Origin: Octopus vulgaris
Taxonomy: Eukaryota
Reading direction: 5' to 3'
NCBI GenBank assembly: GCA_951406725.2
Contig: OX597815.1
Coordinates: 205,468,001 to 205,532,000, forward strand
DNA length: 64,000 nt
Positions 27,621 through 40,400 of this stretch are shown here, piece after piece. The position numbers and the translations under genes are program-made. How positions within the stretch are numbered: position 1 is the first letter of the stretch; every line of letters begins with the position of its first letter. The notes beneath the pieces are model-generated. The model did not search any database, was not told where the DNA came from, and worked only from the letters and a program-made list of their open reading frames with translations.

Positions 27621-27948
27621 TAAATGAAGTTGCTTTTTATAGCTTGAATTAGTTTATGAGCAAGTTTGAATTGACAAGGAAGCTCAAGAATCCTAGAATT
27701 GAACAACAGAATAAAAGTAGGGAATTTGTAGTCTGAGTAATGATATCATGAATGAAATTGCTAATGTTGGGTAAATAGAAACTTGATGTTTTATAAAAAA
27801 AATAAAGATTAATGTGATACTCACTTTCTGAACCAGCAGTAGAAATAAGAACTGAAAATCAGAGATTTCTGGTAATTGTAAATAAATTCTTAATTTAAAC
27901 ACCAACACTGTTTTTGTGTCACAATGAGCATTAGGAGAGTATCTAGAG

Positions 27949-28150
27949 CAGTGCTTTTCAAACTTTTTGCTGGAGCAGAACCCCAAGGAAACATTCTACT
28001 GGCTCAAGAAACCCCTGTGCAATAATTTAATAGTCTTATGCACACATATCTGCACAGGAGAATTAAAAATTACTGCTGATTTTAAGCAGTTTTGTAACTT
28101 CTTGCGGAACCCCTGGACTGTACTGGCAGAACCCTGGTTGAAAACCACTG
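27949..28150. mobile_element. hAT (Charlie-like) MITE
   Basis: CAGTGCTTTTCAA...TTGAAAACCACTG TIRs; 8-bp TSD atctagag/atctaaag. Confidence 0.8.
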
Positions 28151-28208
28151 ATCTAAAGTATAAAATGGAAGGGTGAAGAATTTAAAAAGAAAGGGCTCCA
28201 GAACCAAT

Positions 28209-28439
28209 TTAACCCTTTCATTACTGTATTTATTTTGAGATGCTCTGTGATTCCTTCAGTTAATTTTAAATATAACAAAGAATTTAGTAAAATAGTTTAG
28301 TTTATCATTAAGCTAGTGTTAGGAACATAAATTGTGACTAAGGTTTGGTGGAAAAATTTAATCCAAAATTTATGAAAACAAGACATTTGTACTACAGAAC
28401 CAGAGGCGGTTTCAGCCGGGTTGGTATCAAAAGGGATAA
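28209..28439. mobile_element. piggyBac-like MITE (family B)
   Basis: TTAACCCTTTC...AAAGGG ends. Copies at 31258-31847 (with an RTE tail inserted), 38027-38249 and 38883-39109 (inverted). Confidence 0.8.
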
Positions 28440-28510
28440 CTATCTGAAGTTCTGTCATAACATATCAAATGGAATGTAATGTATCCTCTTTCTGTCTTTT
28501 TAACTCTTAG

Positions 28511-28989
28511 TGTTATGTGTAGTTTCCGTCTGGTGGGATAGACAACTCTATACGAAGCATAGTTATTCTTTTTCGTGTTATTTACTTTTCCATGTTACAC
28601 GAACTGCCACTATGCTTCGTATAGAGTTGTCTATCCCACCTGACTGAAACTACACATAACATGGTGGCAGCGGTGGGATGCGAACCCACAGCTCCGAAGA
28701 GACTGGTGCCTCAAACCAGTCTCTTGTGTTCTTGTGACATAAAAAGAACACTTGATTGTTTTTCCTTTGTGTGTCCCTGTGATTGTTGTTTTACCCAGTT
28801 GTGGCATCCTGGTACCTCCGTACGCAGTGAGGATTACATCACTTGGTGTGAGGATTCCTTCTTTGATTTTATCCTCTTGTGTCATGTGTTCTGGGAACAC
28901 CTTTTTGTGGAGGTTGACAGGCAAGATATCACTCTGGGCTCCAGTGTCGATCTTCAGCCTTAAGTCAATGTTTATTCTTTTTCTTGCCA
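28511..28989. mobile_element. Rearranged Gypsy-derived insertion: fold-back LTR end + tRNA-Leu copy + inverted protease fragment
   Basis: TG..CA termini; CTTAG direct repeats at 28506-10 and 28990-94; 53-bp inverted repeat; PBS; minus-strand KIDTGAQSDILP...LTAYGG retropepsin motif. Confidence 0.85.
28662..28719 (-). pseudogene. Partial tRNA-Leu copy (positions 27-76 including CCA)
   Basis: Minus strand reads CTGGT-TTGAGGC-ACCAG-TCTCTTCGGAGCT-GTGGGTTCGCATCCCAC-CGCTGCC-A-CCA: anticodon arm, long variable arm, T arm, acceptor 3' strand and CCA. The D arm is absent. Confidence 0.85.
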
Positions 28990-29453
28990 CTTAGTACTTC
29001 TAAAATCATGTTTGAATGTTTCAAGTTTAAAAAATTACTTAACATTAAGATCAAAGTGCTTGCCTTATTTAATTTTGAACCTATTTATTGAAATCATCAT
29101 CATCATCATCATCATCATTAAAATTTTCTTTCTTAATCTGGGCCATTTATTACACGATACAATAACTCAAGAAGTAGGTCACTTGTTTCTTTGCTTTGAC
29201 CTTTTTTTTTTTTAATTCACTGCAAAAGGAATTCACAGGAATTTCACTAATATGGAATCAATATTTCATGTGTGCTGAATCAACAGTTGAAGGAACCAAA
29301 AACTGAAAGTCAAAAGCTAGGACTACTAATAGTAGTCCTAGATGATGTGGGCCTCTCACTGGGTTCTTCTCAATACCAGCCAAAAGTTAAATACGTTTGT
29401 CCTCAATGTATGAAATAAAATGAAAACTAATAACTGCTTTATTCTCTTTTCAG

Positions 29454-29537
29454 GATCAACAATGTATTTGCTTCCAGCGAACCCTACAAGTCACTCCAGA
29501 CATGATTCATCGGCTGGGGTTAGAGAAAGACCTTGAG
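29454..29537 (+). CDS. WDTC1: WDTC1-like coding exon (first securely identified; phase 0/0)
   Basis: ttttcag|GAT...GAG|gt. Encodes DQQCICFQRTLQVTPDMIHRLGLEKDLE, matching the recalled WDTC1 N-terminal segment (FERRYHVTDPFIRRLGLEAELQ). Confidence 0.88.
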
Positions 29538-32500
29538 GTTTGTAAATTAGCTCTTAATATACAATCACAACATGATTGAAATCCTTTGCACAAATAACCC
29601 TTTTTTTTTTTTACACTTCTCTCTTTGTGCTCAGATAACATTCCTCACAAAGGGACTCATACTTTATATAAAGTGTTAATTTTAAGGACTTATACTACTT
29701 AAAAATTGTTTAATTAAATAAATTCTTTTACTGGTTTCAACCAGAGGCTGAGGCCATGACATTTTATAGTTGGTGCCCATTGATGTTCTGACGTTTTATA
29801 ATTCATACCCCTTGGCTCAAATAAAAGGGAAATAAATACTACTTAATTATGTGGTTGGTGTTGGAAAGGACATCTAACCATAGAATATTTATTCCTGACG
29901 GAAGCAATATTATTATGTTTCTGTAAGTTTAGTTGCAGTCAGGTAGCTCTGTCTTACTTGTGTGAGTATTGACAGATTAACCCTTTAGTTTTTGGATTAT
30001 TCTATCAAACATAATGCTTATTGATTCCCATTGATTTGAATTAATCATGCATTATCTCATATCTTCAAGATCTTGATGGTGTAATTACTTAATGTAGAAT
30101 AACATTGTAGGGTAGGTGTGAGGGCCTGGATCTGGTCAGTTTGAACATAAAACAGATTAAATATTTTGGCTGGATATGGCCGATTTAAATACTAAAGGGT
30201 TAATGGTTAAGTGCTAATGAAATAACTATTTCTAACAGAGTTACAAGGTCAGAAATTTGTGGAAAGAGGTTAGTTAATAAAAATTGACAACAGTAACCAC
30301 AGTACATGATCGCTGCTTTATTTCATTGACCCCAGAAAGATGAAAGGCAAAATTGGCCTTGATGAGGTTTGAACTCGTAGCATAAAACACTAGAACAAAT
30401 ACTGCAAGGCATTTTACCTGATGCTTTTGATGATAACCATAAAGTTTTATGGACACATGCATGGTCATGTGGTTAAGAAGTTCACATTACAGTCATGTTG
30501 GTTTCAAATGTTGGCATATGACCAGCGTGTTCTGTAGGGAGGAGGCAAGTCAGTTACAATGACCCCAGTGTGCAACTGATACCTATTTTATCAACCCCTG
30601 AACAAACGAAAAGCAAAGTTGGCCCAACAGCATTTGAATCCAGAATATAAAATTGGAAGAAATCATCATCATCATCATCATTTAACGTCCGCTTTCCATG
30701 CTAGCATGGGTTGGACGGTTCAACTGGGGTCTGGGAAGCCAGAAGGCTGCACCAGGCCCAGTCTGGTCTAGCAGTGTTTCTACAGCTGGATGCCCTTCCT
30801 AACGCCAACCACTCCGTGAGTGTAGTGGGTGCTTTTTACGTGCCACCGGCACAGGTGCCAGACGAGGCTGGCAAAAGGCCACGATCGGATGGTACTTTTT
30901 ACGTGCCACCGGCACGGAGACCAGACAAAGCCACTAGCAATTCTTCCAGCTTGACACTTTATGATAATCTAATATTGGTTTCAAATTTTGGCACAAGGCC
31001 AGCATGTTCAGTGGGGAGGAGGTAAGTCAGTTACATCAACCCCAAGAGTTTCTGCCAGCTTGCCGCTCTTTTCAAATTTTGGTACAAGGCTAGCAATTTC
31101 AGGGGAGGGGCTAAGTTGATTGCATCAATCCCAGTGTTCAACTGGTACTTATTTTATTGACCCCCAAAATATGAAAGGCAGAGTGGACCTTGACAGAATT
31201 TGTAGTCAGATGTGAAGACAGGCAAAATGCTGCTAAGCATTCTGCCAGCTTGCCGCCTTAACCCTTTCATTACTGTATTTATTTTGAGATGCTCTGTGTT
31301 TCTTTCAATTACTTTAAGCACTATCCGAATCGTGTCAAATGCCAGCGCCGCCTTGACTGGCTTTCGTGTCGGTGGCATGTAAAAAGCACCATCCAAATCG
31401 TGGCCGAAGCCAGTGCCGCCTTGACTGGCTTCCGTACCGGTGGCACGTAAAATGCACCAATCCGACCGTGGCCGATGCCAGCCTCGCCTGGCACCAGTGC
31501 AGGTGGTACGTAAAAAGCAACCACTACACTCACGGAGTGGTTGGCGTTAGGAAGGGCATCCAACTGTAGAAACATTGCCAGATAAGACCGGAGCCTGGTG
31601 CAGCCTTCTGGCTTCCCAGATCCCCGGTCGAACCGTCCAACCCATGCTAGCATGGAGAACGGACGTTAAACGATGATGATGATAACAAAGAATTTAGTAA
31701 AATAACTTAGTTATTATTCAGCTAGTGATAGGAACATAAATTGTGACTAAGGTTTGGTGGAAGATTTTAATTCAAAACTGATGAAAACAAGACATTTGTA
31801 CTCAGAGCCAGAGCTGGTTTCGGCCGGGTGGGTAACGAAAGGGTTAAGGTAATTTAATATTAATAAATGTCTGTCTTTGTAATTGAGCCTTGTATCAAAT
31901 CTACAAATGAAATATAGTCACTAAGTAATTCATCTTGATCAGTTGTTCAAGGTTTTAACAGTTTCCCCAGGATAATCTTGCTGAAATAAGTGCCATTGCA
32001 GTTGGGTGGTTTATGCTATGAAGATAATATGGTGGGAGACCAGGCTTCTTGTAGCATGTGGTTTCTCACTTCCCCTAACAAGAAGTCTGCAGGAAGACAG
32101 AGAAAGAAACAGAGAGGCAAGTGTAGTGGGGAGCAGAAGGCATAAGTAGGGACATAAGTAGCTGTAGAAAATTATATTTCTCTCTCTACTGCTCTCTCTC
32201 TCTCACTCTCTCTCTCTACTTTCTCTCTCTCTCTCTCTACTTCTCTCTCCCTCTACCTCTTTCTCTCTCTCTGTCTCTCTCAAGATGTGGAAGAAAGAGG
32301 AAAATGTATTTATTTCTTATTTTCAAATGTCAATTTATTATTTCATGTGTAGCTATACATGAAGAAAACTTCAAGTAAACTTTTCAGAAGTTCAGGTAAG
32401 GGGCTATTTTACAGTATAGCTGCTGTTGTTTAACCCCAGGTCAGACCTGATTGAGTAGATGTGCAATCAAAAGCAGGTCAGTCATGACCATGTTCATTTT

Positions 32501-33469
32501 ATTTTTTTGTTTTTTTCTTAGATATTGTGTTTACCTCAGACTACGTTGTCTTGCCTGTTCTGATATTTTAGACAGAAGGTAAAATTTCATTGAAATTTGG
32601 CCTCTGGTTGAATTGCCTATGTAGAGCACCTTTTATATACAATATATTGTTGGTAGGGGGAACGAACCCCTACCACCCTCTAACAGGTAACAGGATTGTG
32701 AGACTGACTCAGTTTCAAGTTATTTGGCTCATCCTCAGTTGCAGGCACAAATTCTGTCTGTCTGTCTGGGACCTCTGTATCTCAACCGACACTTGCTCGA
32801 CATAGACATATTATACTTTTTTGGAATCAGGATGATCCCAAGATTGAAAATCTGCCCTTCATTTGGTTCTTGAACATCCAACATTGAGGTCTGATTTTAA
32901 AAGCACTTGGGTCACTATTTTATAGCATGTAAAGCTTGGCTGATTCTCGTAGAACTAATGAGGACTAATACCTTGCTCACACATGCAAAGCATATAATCC
33001 TGCACATGCACAAAACAAACAGATATATGTTTGTTAATCTTACTTTCACACCATATGTATCCAACTTAAAAGTCTACAATTTTTTTCCTTCTGGTGTGGC
33101 AGTGGTAAGTGTTTGTGTCTTTCATGAATTATGATTGTTAACACTAACTATTGTAAGTGGTTAATTAAATTTCAGCATCATTATATTAGCGGTATAGAAT
33201 ATCTGGAGTCTACTAAAAAGCTGTCACCCTTTTTTTTGTCTTGGGATGATCAGTCTTACACAAGTAGATGTGATGCATTGGAAGTTATGCCAGACTAATG
33301 GACTTCCAACAAATATGGAAACTGTTAATTTCAGAAAAAAAGTTTGGAAATAGTGTGAAAGGGAGGATTTGCAGGTTGTCACCAGAAGATTTAAAGAGAC
33401 AAATTGCCATTATTTTACCGTCAAGGATCACCATGCAAAAAAAAAAAAGAAATAATTAATCTATAAATA

Positions 33470-33870
33470 TAGGCGCTGGAGTGGCTGTGTGGTAAGTAGC
33501 TTGTTTACCAACCACATGGCTCCGGGTTCAATCCCAATGTGTGGCACCTTGGGCAAGTGTCTTCTACTATAGCCTCGGGCCGACCAAAGCCTTGTGAGTG
33601 GATTTGGTAGACGGAAACTGAAAGAAGCCTGTCATATATATGTATATATATGTATGTGCGTGTATGTTTGTGTGTCTGTGTTTGTCCCCCTAGCATTGCT
33701 TGATAACCGATGCTGGTGTGTTTACGTCCCCATCACTTAGTGGTTCGGCAAAAGAAACTGATAGAATAAGTACTGGGCTTACAAAGAATAAGTCCCGGGG
33801 TCGATTTGCTTGACTAAAGGCGGTGCTCTAGCATGGCCGCAGTCAAATGACTGACACAAGTAAAAGAGTA
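33470..33870 (+). mobile_element. CORE-type SINE (family C)
   Basis: Full-length copy. Others at 39262-39662, 41817-42222, 42726-43133, 47350-47733 (+) and 40503-40899, 54075-54489 (-); a decayed one at 45623-46065. Confidence 0.88.
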
Positions 33871-35560
33871 TATGTCAGGCAATGTAGGGAGATGTTATCC
33901 TCAATGGCTGGAGGAACAGTATCATCATCAACAGTTACAAAAGTGAAGGATTGGCTTTACAAAGAACTAACTTCAGGGACATCAAATTGATGAAAGCAGC
34001 AGAAAAAAATTACAGCAAAGTTAATTAGGAAGAGAATGAGCTTCGTTTAGATGTAGGATGAGGTAGCACCAAAGCTAAAAGAGACTTGTGAGTGAAGAGC
34101 AAGCCACAATACTTGACAGTTGCTGACCTTGTGAAAGCCTCTAACAGCGTACCGCATTCTGTAGTCTGGTAATCATATAAAAAAAAAACTACATGTTGAT
34201 GAAAGATGAGAAAAAGAGTTATACAAGCTGTGTACCGAGATTTTGCTAACACTGGTAAGTGTCCATCAAGTCTCAGTTCTCAACCCCCTCCTTTTTTGTT
34301 ATAGTTCTGTAGGCCATAGCTGGAATTTAAGTTTGGTTGGCTGCAACTTAAATCTCAAAGCTGAATTTGTTGAATGATTAGCAAGGAAATTCCAAATGTG
34401 GAAGAAGTAAAGCCTAAAATTGAGGCCTGAAAAGAAAAAAAAAAGAAGTAGCTATGTTAATAATTTTTGGTTAACTGGAAAGATAACAGGAGTCTAATGC
34501 AATCTGAGAAAGGGCAATGCTTGATATGCAGAAAGGAAAAACCCAGCATAAACTAAGGATGTACTAGAAGTGCAGAATATGAAGATAAGGCAAACTTCAT
34601 ACATAGCAAATGCAGGGTAGTTAACAGAACACTCATGAAATTAGTTACTTTAAATGCTTAGAAGGCTACATACAAGCCTGAAATTTGGTGGGAGATGGTG
34701 GCTACTTGATTGAATCAACCCCAGTGCTCGATTGGTACTTATTTTATTGACCCTGGAAAGATGAAAGGCAAAGTCAACCTCAGTGGAATTTGAACTCAGA
34801 ACTAGGGATAGACAAAATGGCACTAAACATTCTGTCCAGCAGCATGCTAACAATTCTGCCAGTCCTTTCTATCAAAGGCACAAGGCCTGAAATTTTGTGG
34901 GGATGGGGGGCTAGTCAATTATACTGACCCCAGTGTGTGGTGAGCTGGCATGGGCGGCGAGCTGGCAGACATGTTAGCACGCCGGTCGAAATGCTTAGTG
35001 GTATTTCGTCTGCCACTACGTTCTGAGTTCGAATTCCGCCGAGGTCGACTTTGCCTTTCATCCTTTCGGGGTCGATAAATAAAGTACCAGTTTTGCACTG
35101 GGGTCGACGTAATCGACTTAATCCCTTTGTCTGTCTTTGTTTGTCCCCTCTATGTTTAGCCCCTTGTAGGCAATAAAGAAATATATATTGCCCCCAGTGT
35201 TGAACTGGTGCTTATTTTATTGACCCTGGAAAGATGAAAGGCAAGTCAACCTCACTGGAATTTGAACCTAGAACATAAAGATGCAGAATAAATGCCATGA
35301 AGCATTTTGTCTGGTGTGCTAACTATTCTACCAGCTCATGCCTTTTATAATAATAATAATAATTATTATTATTATTATTATTATAATAAGCCAGTCTAAA
35401 TGTTTCTCTATGACAAAGATTGGATTTGTTTCAGTTTTATTTGTAATGAAATTCAAATGTATTTTTCACTTCAGCTGCATTTTGCCTATTTTTTTTTCCC
35501 CTCTCTTTTAAATACTTTCTTACACACATTTAACCTTATAACATTTACATTTCCTCACAG

Positions 35561-35607
35561 GGTCACCAAGGCTGTGTGAATTGTTTAGAATGGAATGATA
35601 AAGGAAC
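35561..35607 (+). CDS. WDTC1: WDTC1-like exon, start of WD40 repeat 1
   Basis: ctcacag|GGT...AC|gtgagt; encodes GHQGCVNCLEWNDKG(T); 47 nt, phase 0/2. Confidence 0.95.
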
Positions 35608-36107
35608 GTGAGTAATCTAAACTTTAATTTATCTTCTGTCTTCACATTTTCTGTTGTTCTTTGTCTCGCTGGTGATATTTTTGACCAACTGGCATTGCAT
35701 ATACATCATTAAATGAAAGCAAATATTTCGTTTCATTTTCGTCTTATTTTTTTTCGTTTTTTTTTCAATTTAAATATTCCCATTTGCAAGAATTTGATCC
35801 TGGAACTACAAACCACCAAAATGGATATCAAATTATTATTGTTAGTTTAGAAGTCTATCTTTACTTTTTTCGCATCTTTCTTTTTTTTTCTTTGTATCAT
35901 CTAATTGTAACTATAAATGTTCTATTCCTTGTCCAAATCATAGTACAGCACATGACATTTTACATGAAAAAAAAATGACATTTTATCTACTTATCTATTG
36001 TGACTCCATTTTAATGTTAAAACTTAAATTAGAAATTTTCTAAAAAAAATGTAATTAAAGTATATACTATAAAATTTTCTAAGTAAAGGTTCTCTTATAT
36101 ATATTGA

Positions 36108-36493
36108 CTAACAGTATCGCCTGGCGTTGCTCGGGTTTGTAAGGGAAATAACTATATAAGCATTTTTAGAGAGTTATAGCCAAAAAAATGCATTAAAAAT
36201 GGAAAAAAAAATTATGGTAAATTTTTTTAAATCGTTGACTCATCGTAGACATTTTTAGAGAGTTACTTCCCTTATATAATAGCGAAAAAATGCATTAAAA
36301 TGGAAAAAATGATGGTAAATTATTTTTAAAATCGTAGACTCATCATAGACGCGTGCTAATACCCAGAAGGGCTCGATATGAATCACGACTATAAGATACC
36401 CGCTTTTGGTTACACTGCACTGCAAAATGTGGGAGTAGTTAGGAATCTAAATCGTAGGAGACAGACACACAACTTGACTTTTATATATAAAGA
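36108..36493 (-). mobile_element. Non-autonomous Helitron, second subfamily
   Basis: Same 3' hairpin and end region as 25667-26050 but a different 5' half; sister copy at 40084-40481 with intact CTAG. Confidence 0.78.
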
Positions 36494-37042
36494 TATCACG
36501 GCTTAAAAGTAGAGGAAAGATAAAAACCTACAAAACTTGGAAGATAGCATTATATTGTGGTCTTATGTAAGGTATAATGGTTTAAATCTCCCTGTAAACT
36601 TAATAGAAAAATCACGAAATACATAATGTTTCTCTTTACTGGTTTGGTATTTTGTGTTAAGAAGGGTACCCAATTCTGAACTTAAGATTCACTTAAATAT
36701 CCAAATTTACAAAAGTATCAACCTATGATATCTTAGAAAATAAATGCATATGTGAAGTTCAGATACTAAATCGTTATCATCATTATCATTGCTGGTGTGG
36801 ACAACCCTTGCCAGTTGACCACACTAGTAAGGGTTGGATGGTTTGACCAGAGCTGGCAAGCTGGAGAAGCTGCACCAGGCTCCAGTCTGATTTGGCATGG
36901 TTCCTACAGCTGGATGCCCTTCCTAATGCCAACCACTTTACAGAGTGTGCTGGGTGCTTTTACATGGCACTAGATATTGTAAGGTTTTTTTTTTCCTTTC
37001 TTAATTTAGATTTATGCTATGGTCATAGTCAACTATGGATCT

Positions 37043-37453
37043 TGGTCTCAAGAATTTGTCTCAAGAATTTGTCTCAAGAATTCTCTAGAAAAACAACGAC
37101 GCCGTGGTGATCTCATTCTTGCTCACAACATCATAAGCAGAAAGTGTAACCTCTCGAAAGAGCTGTTCTTCACTCCTGCTCCAGAGCGTCGGCTGCGGGG
37201 TCATTCCAAAAAGCTCTATCTGCGACAATTTCATCTCAATCGAAGGAGAGGGGCTTTCTCCGTCCGGGTTGCGGATCTGTGGAATAAGCTGCCGGACGAG
37301 ATGGTGAAGATGCCGACGACCGCTCGGTTCAAAGTCTCCCTTGACCACAAGTGGCCTGAACTCTTTACATGAACACCACCCTGTACATAACTCCATGTCC
37401 CCCTACATGGCCTTGCTTTTTGCTTTTTGAGCCAAAAAATTAACTAACTAACT
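37043..37453 (+). mobile_element. CR1-clade LINE 3' fragment
   Basis: Near-identical, in reverse complement, to 24343-24715; (CTAA)n tail. Confidence 0.92.
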
Positions 37454-40400
37454 ACAGGATTGCTTAGGAGAATTATTCAAATATTTTGGCATTAGGAAGG
37501 GCATCCAGCTGTAGAAACTCTGCCAGATCAAGATTGGAGCCATCTGGTTCACCAGTCCTCAGTCAAATCGTCCAATCCATGCTAGCATGGAAAGCGGACA
37601 TTAAACGATGATGGTGATCCCAAAATTTATCTAGACCACTTTTTCTTGATCCATATTGATTTCTAAATCGAGATGATTACTTCTGTTGATTTTTATATAT
37701 TCTGTAATCTTTCTGAGTAAATAAGGTTTTTTGGATACATAACAAACTGAACAAATCTTTAAAGAATTTTATGTTGTTACTATAAACAAATCAGATGCTC
37801 ATTATTTTGATGAATATTCAATGTGTGCAAAACAAAAATCATCACTTCTTTAATTTGGCTGAGAAGACATTGATTGAACAGTTAAATACAGTATCTATGA
37901 GCGTAACTTGGCAGCATAAATTTCAAATTTGAAGTCTGCAATCCTAATTATCAATATGTAGTTCATTCAGAAGTACTTTGATAAATTATTAAAAAGTTAA
38001 AAATTTTTTTCTTATGCCTTTTACCTTTAACCCTTTCGTTACCGTATTTATTTTGAGATGCTCTGTGTTTCTTTCAATTACTTTAAATATAACAAAGAAA
38101 TTGGTAAAATAACTTAGTTATCATTAATCTAGTGTTATGAACATAAATCGTGACTAAGGTTTGGTGGAAGATTTTAATTGAAGCCTTAAGAAAACAAGAC
38201 ATTTGTACTACAGAGCCAGTTTCAGCTGGGTTGGTAACGAAAGGGTTAAAGTTAAGGAAAATAGCATTAAGACCTACTTTCATGATCACTGTATTATATA
38301 AGGCGGCGAGCTGGCAGAATCGGTAGCACGCCGGGCGAAATGCGTAACCATATTTCGTCTGCCGTTACGTTCTGAGTTCAAATTCCGCTGAGGTCGACTT
38401 TGCCTTTCATCCTTTTGGGGTCGATTAAATAAGCACCAGTTACGCACTGGGGTCGATGTAATCGACTTAATCCGTCTGTCTGTCCTTGTTTGTCCTTGTT
38501 TGTCCTCTCTGTGTTTAGCCCCTTGTGTGTAGTAAAGAAATACATATTAAATATACTTTGATGATGTAGTCTCATGATCAGTGAGTCTGGAGACTTCTAG
38601 GTTTACTATAAAATCACAGCTTTGAAATTGAAGCAATTGCTTCACGTTGCAAACTACATTTATCCCTTTGGACCATGTTCATCATGAAATCTGCAATCAA
38701 AATAAGTGATATTTATTTCTTACTTAAACACAAGACCACAAATTCATAAAATGGGTGATGTTATAACATTTGTACCTTTTGGGATTTTGGCATAGGGGAA
38801 GTAGAAAGACTTCAACTGGGAAAAAGTTGTTTGCAGGTTTGACAATGAGTATATTTGGTTGAATGTATCCTCATTATGTGTATTAACCCTTTCATTACCA
38901 TCCCGGCTGAAACCAGCTCTGGCTCTGAGTACAAATGTCTTGTTTTCATAAGTTTTGAATTAAATTTTCCACCAAACCTTAGTCACAATTTATGTTCCTA
39001 ACTCTAGCTGAATGATAACTATGTTATTTTACTAAATTCTTTGTTATATTTAAAGTAATTGAAAGAAACACAGAGCATCTCAACAGAAATACAGTAATGA
39101 AAGGGTTAAGGCTACTTTATCAACACCAGAAGGATGATAAAAAAAATTGTCAGCCTTGACAAGCTTAGAACATTATAAAATATTAAGTGAAACCCTCTAC
39201 ATTTTCTCTCAATTGCTCTGATTAATATGTAATATTAACTGAAATTTTTATTAAATGTATATAGAAGGAGTGGCTGTGTGGTAAGTAGCTTGCTTACCAA
39301 CCACATGGTTCCGGTTTCAGTCCCACTGCATGGCACCTTGGGCAAGTGTCTTCTACTATAGCCCCGGGCCGACCAATACCTTGTGAGTGGATTTGGTAGA
39401 CGGAAACTGAAAGAAGCCTGTCGTATATATGCATATGTATATATATGTATTTGTGTGTCTGTGTTTGTCTCCCTAGCATTGCTTGACAACCGATGCTGGT
39501 GTGCTTACGTCCCCGTCACTTAGCGGTTCGGCAAAAGAGACCGATAGAATAAGTACTGGGCTTACAAAAGAATAAGTCCCGGGGTCGAGTTGCTCGACTA
39601 AAGGCGGTGCTCCAGCATGGCCGTAGTCAAATGACTGAAACAAGTAAAAGAGAGAGTAAAGAGAATCAAATTTTATTGTTATTTCTCATATGTTAGTAAA
39701 TGTGTGTTGAAATATTTTGCTCTCCCAAAATGAATGTACATTAGAATTTTCTAGTTCTTCCGTCTCCTCTAAGCTTAAAATATAAACATTAAATGATGAG
39801 TGAATCATCAGTGCTTAGTCTTTGACTGAAACTTGTTGCAGTTATGCATTTGAGTAGCATTTTTCAATTTTACAAGTTTTGACTCATCTTTCTTGAATAA
39901 GTACAAGATCTTGAAAGGCTACAAAATGCAAGTGTTTTGTTTTTGGAAGGAAAGATTTTTTTTTTTCCTTATTCATGCTATGAAGCAAGTGTTAAGCTAC
40001 TGGTTATGTCAAGCCACCTCGATATATTTGTATTTCATTTATAACTCTAATCCTGTGTTTTAATAAATCATTGTTATTTTACACTAGCAGTATCGCCCGG
40101 CGTTGCTCGGGTTTGTAAGGGAAATAACTATATAAGCATTTTTAGAGAGTTATAGCCAAAAAATAGCAAAAAAATGCATTAAAAATGGAGAAAAAATGAT
40201 GGTAAATTTTTTTTAAATCGTAGACTCATCGTGGACATTTTTGAGAGAGTTACTTCCCTTATATAATAGCGAAAAAATGCATTAAAATGGAAAAAAATTA
40301 TGGTAAATTTTTTTTTAAATCGTAGACTCATCGTAGACGCGCGCTAATACCCAGAAGGGCTCGATATGAATCACGACTATAAGATACCCGGTTTTGGTTA

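Noticed and set aside
28662-28719. Functional tRNA-Leu gene
   Set aside because: Lacks the 5' acceptor strand and the D arm with the A box, has an encoded CCA, and abuts an LTR end.
32353-32400. Possible small exon ending in CAG|gtaag within a WDTC1 intron
   Set aside because: The flanking exons already join in frame and match the family without a gap; no homology support.
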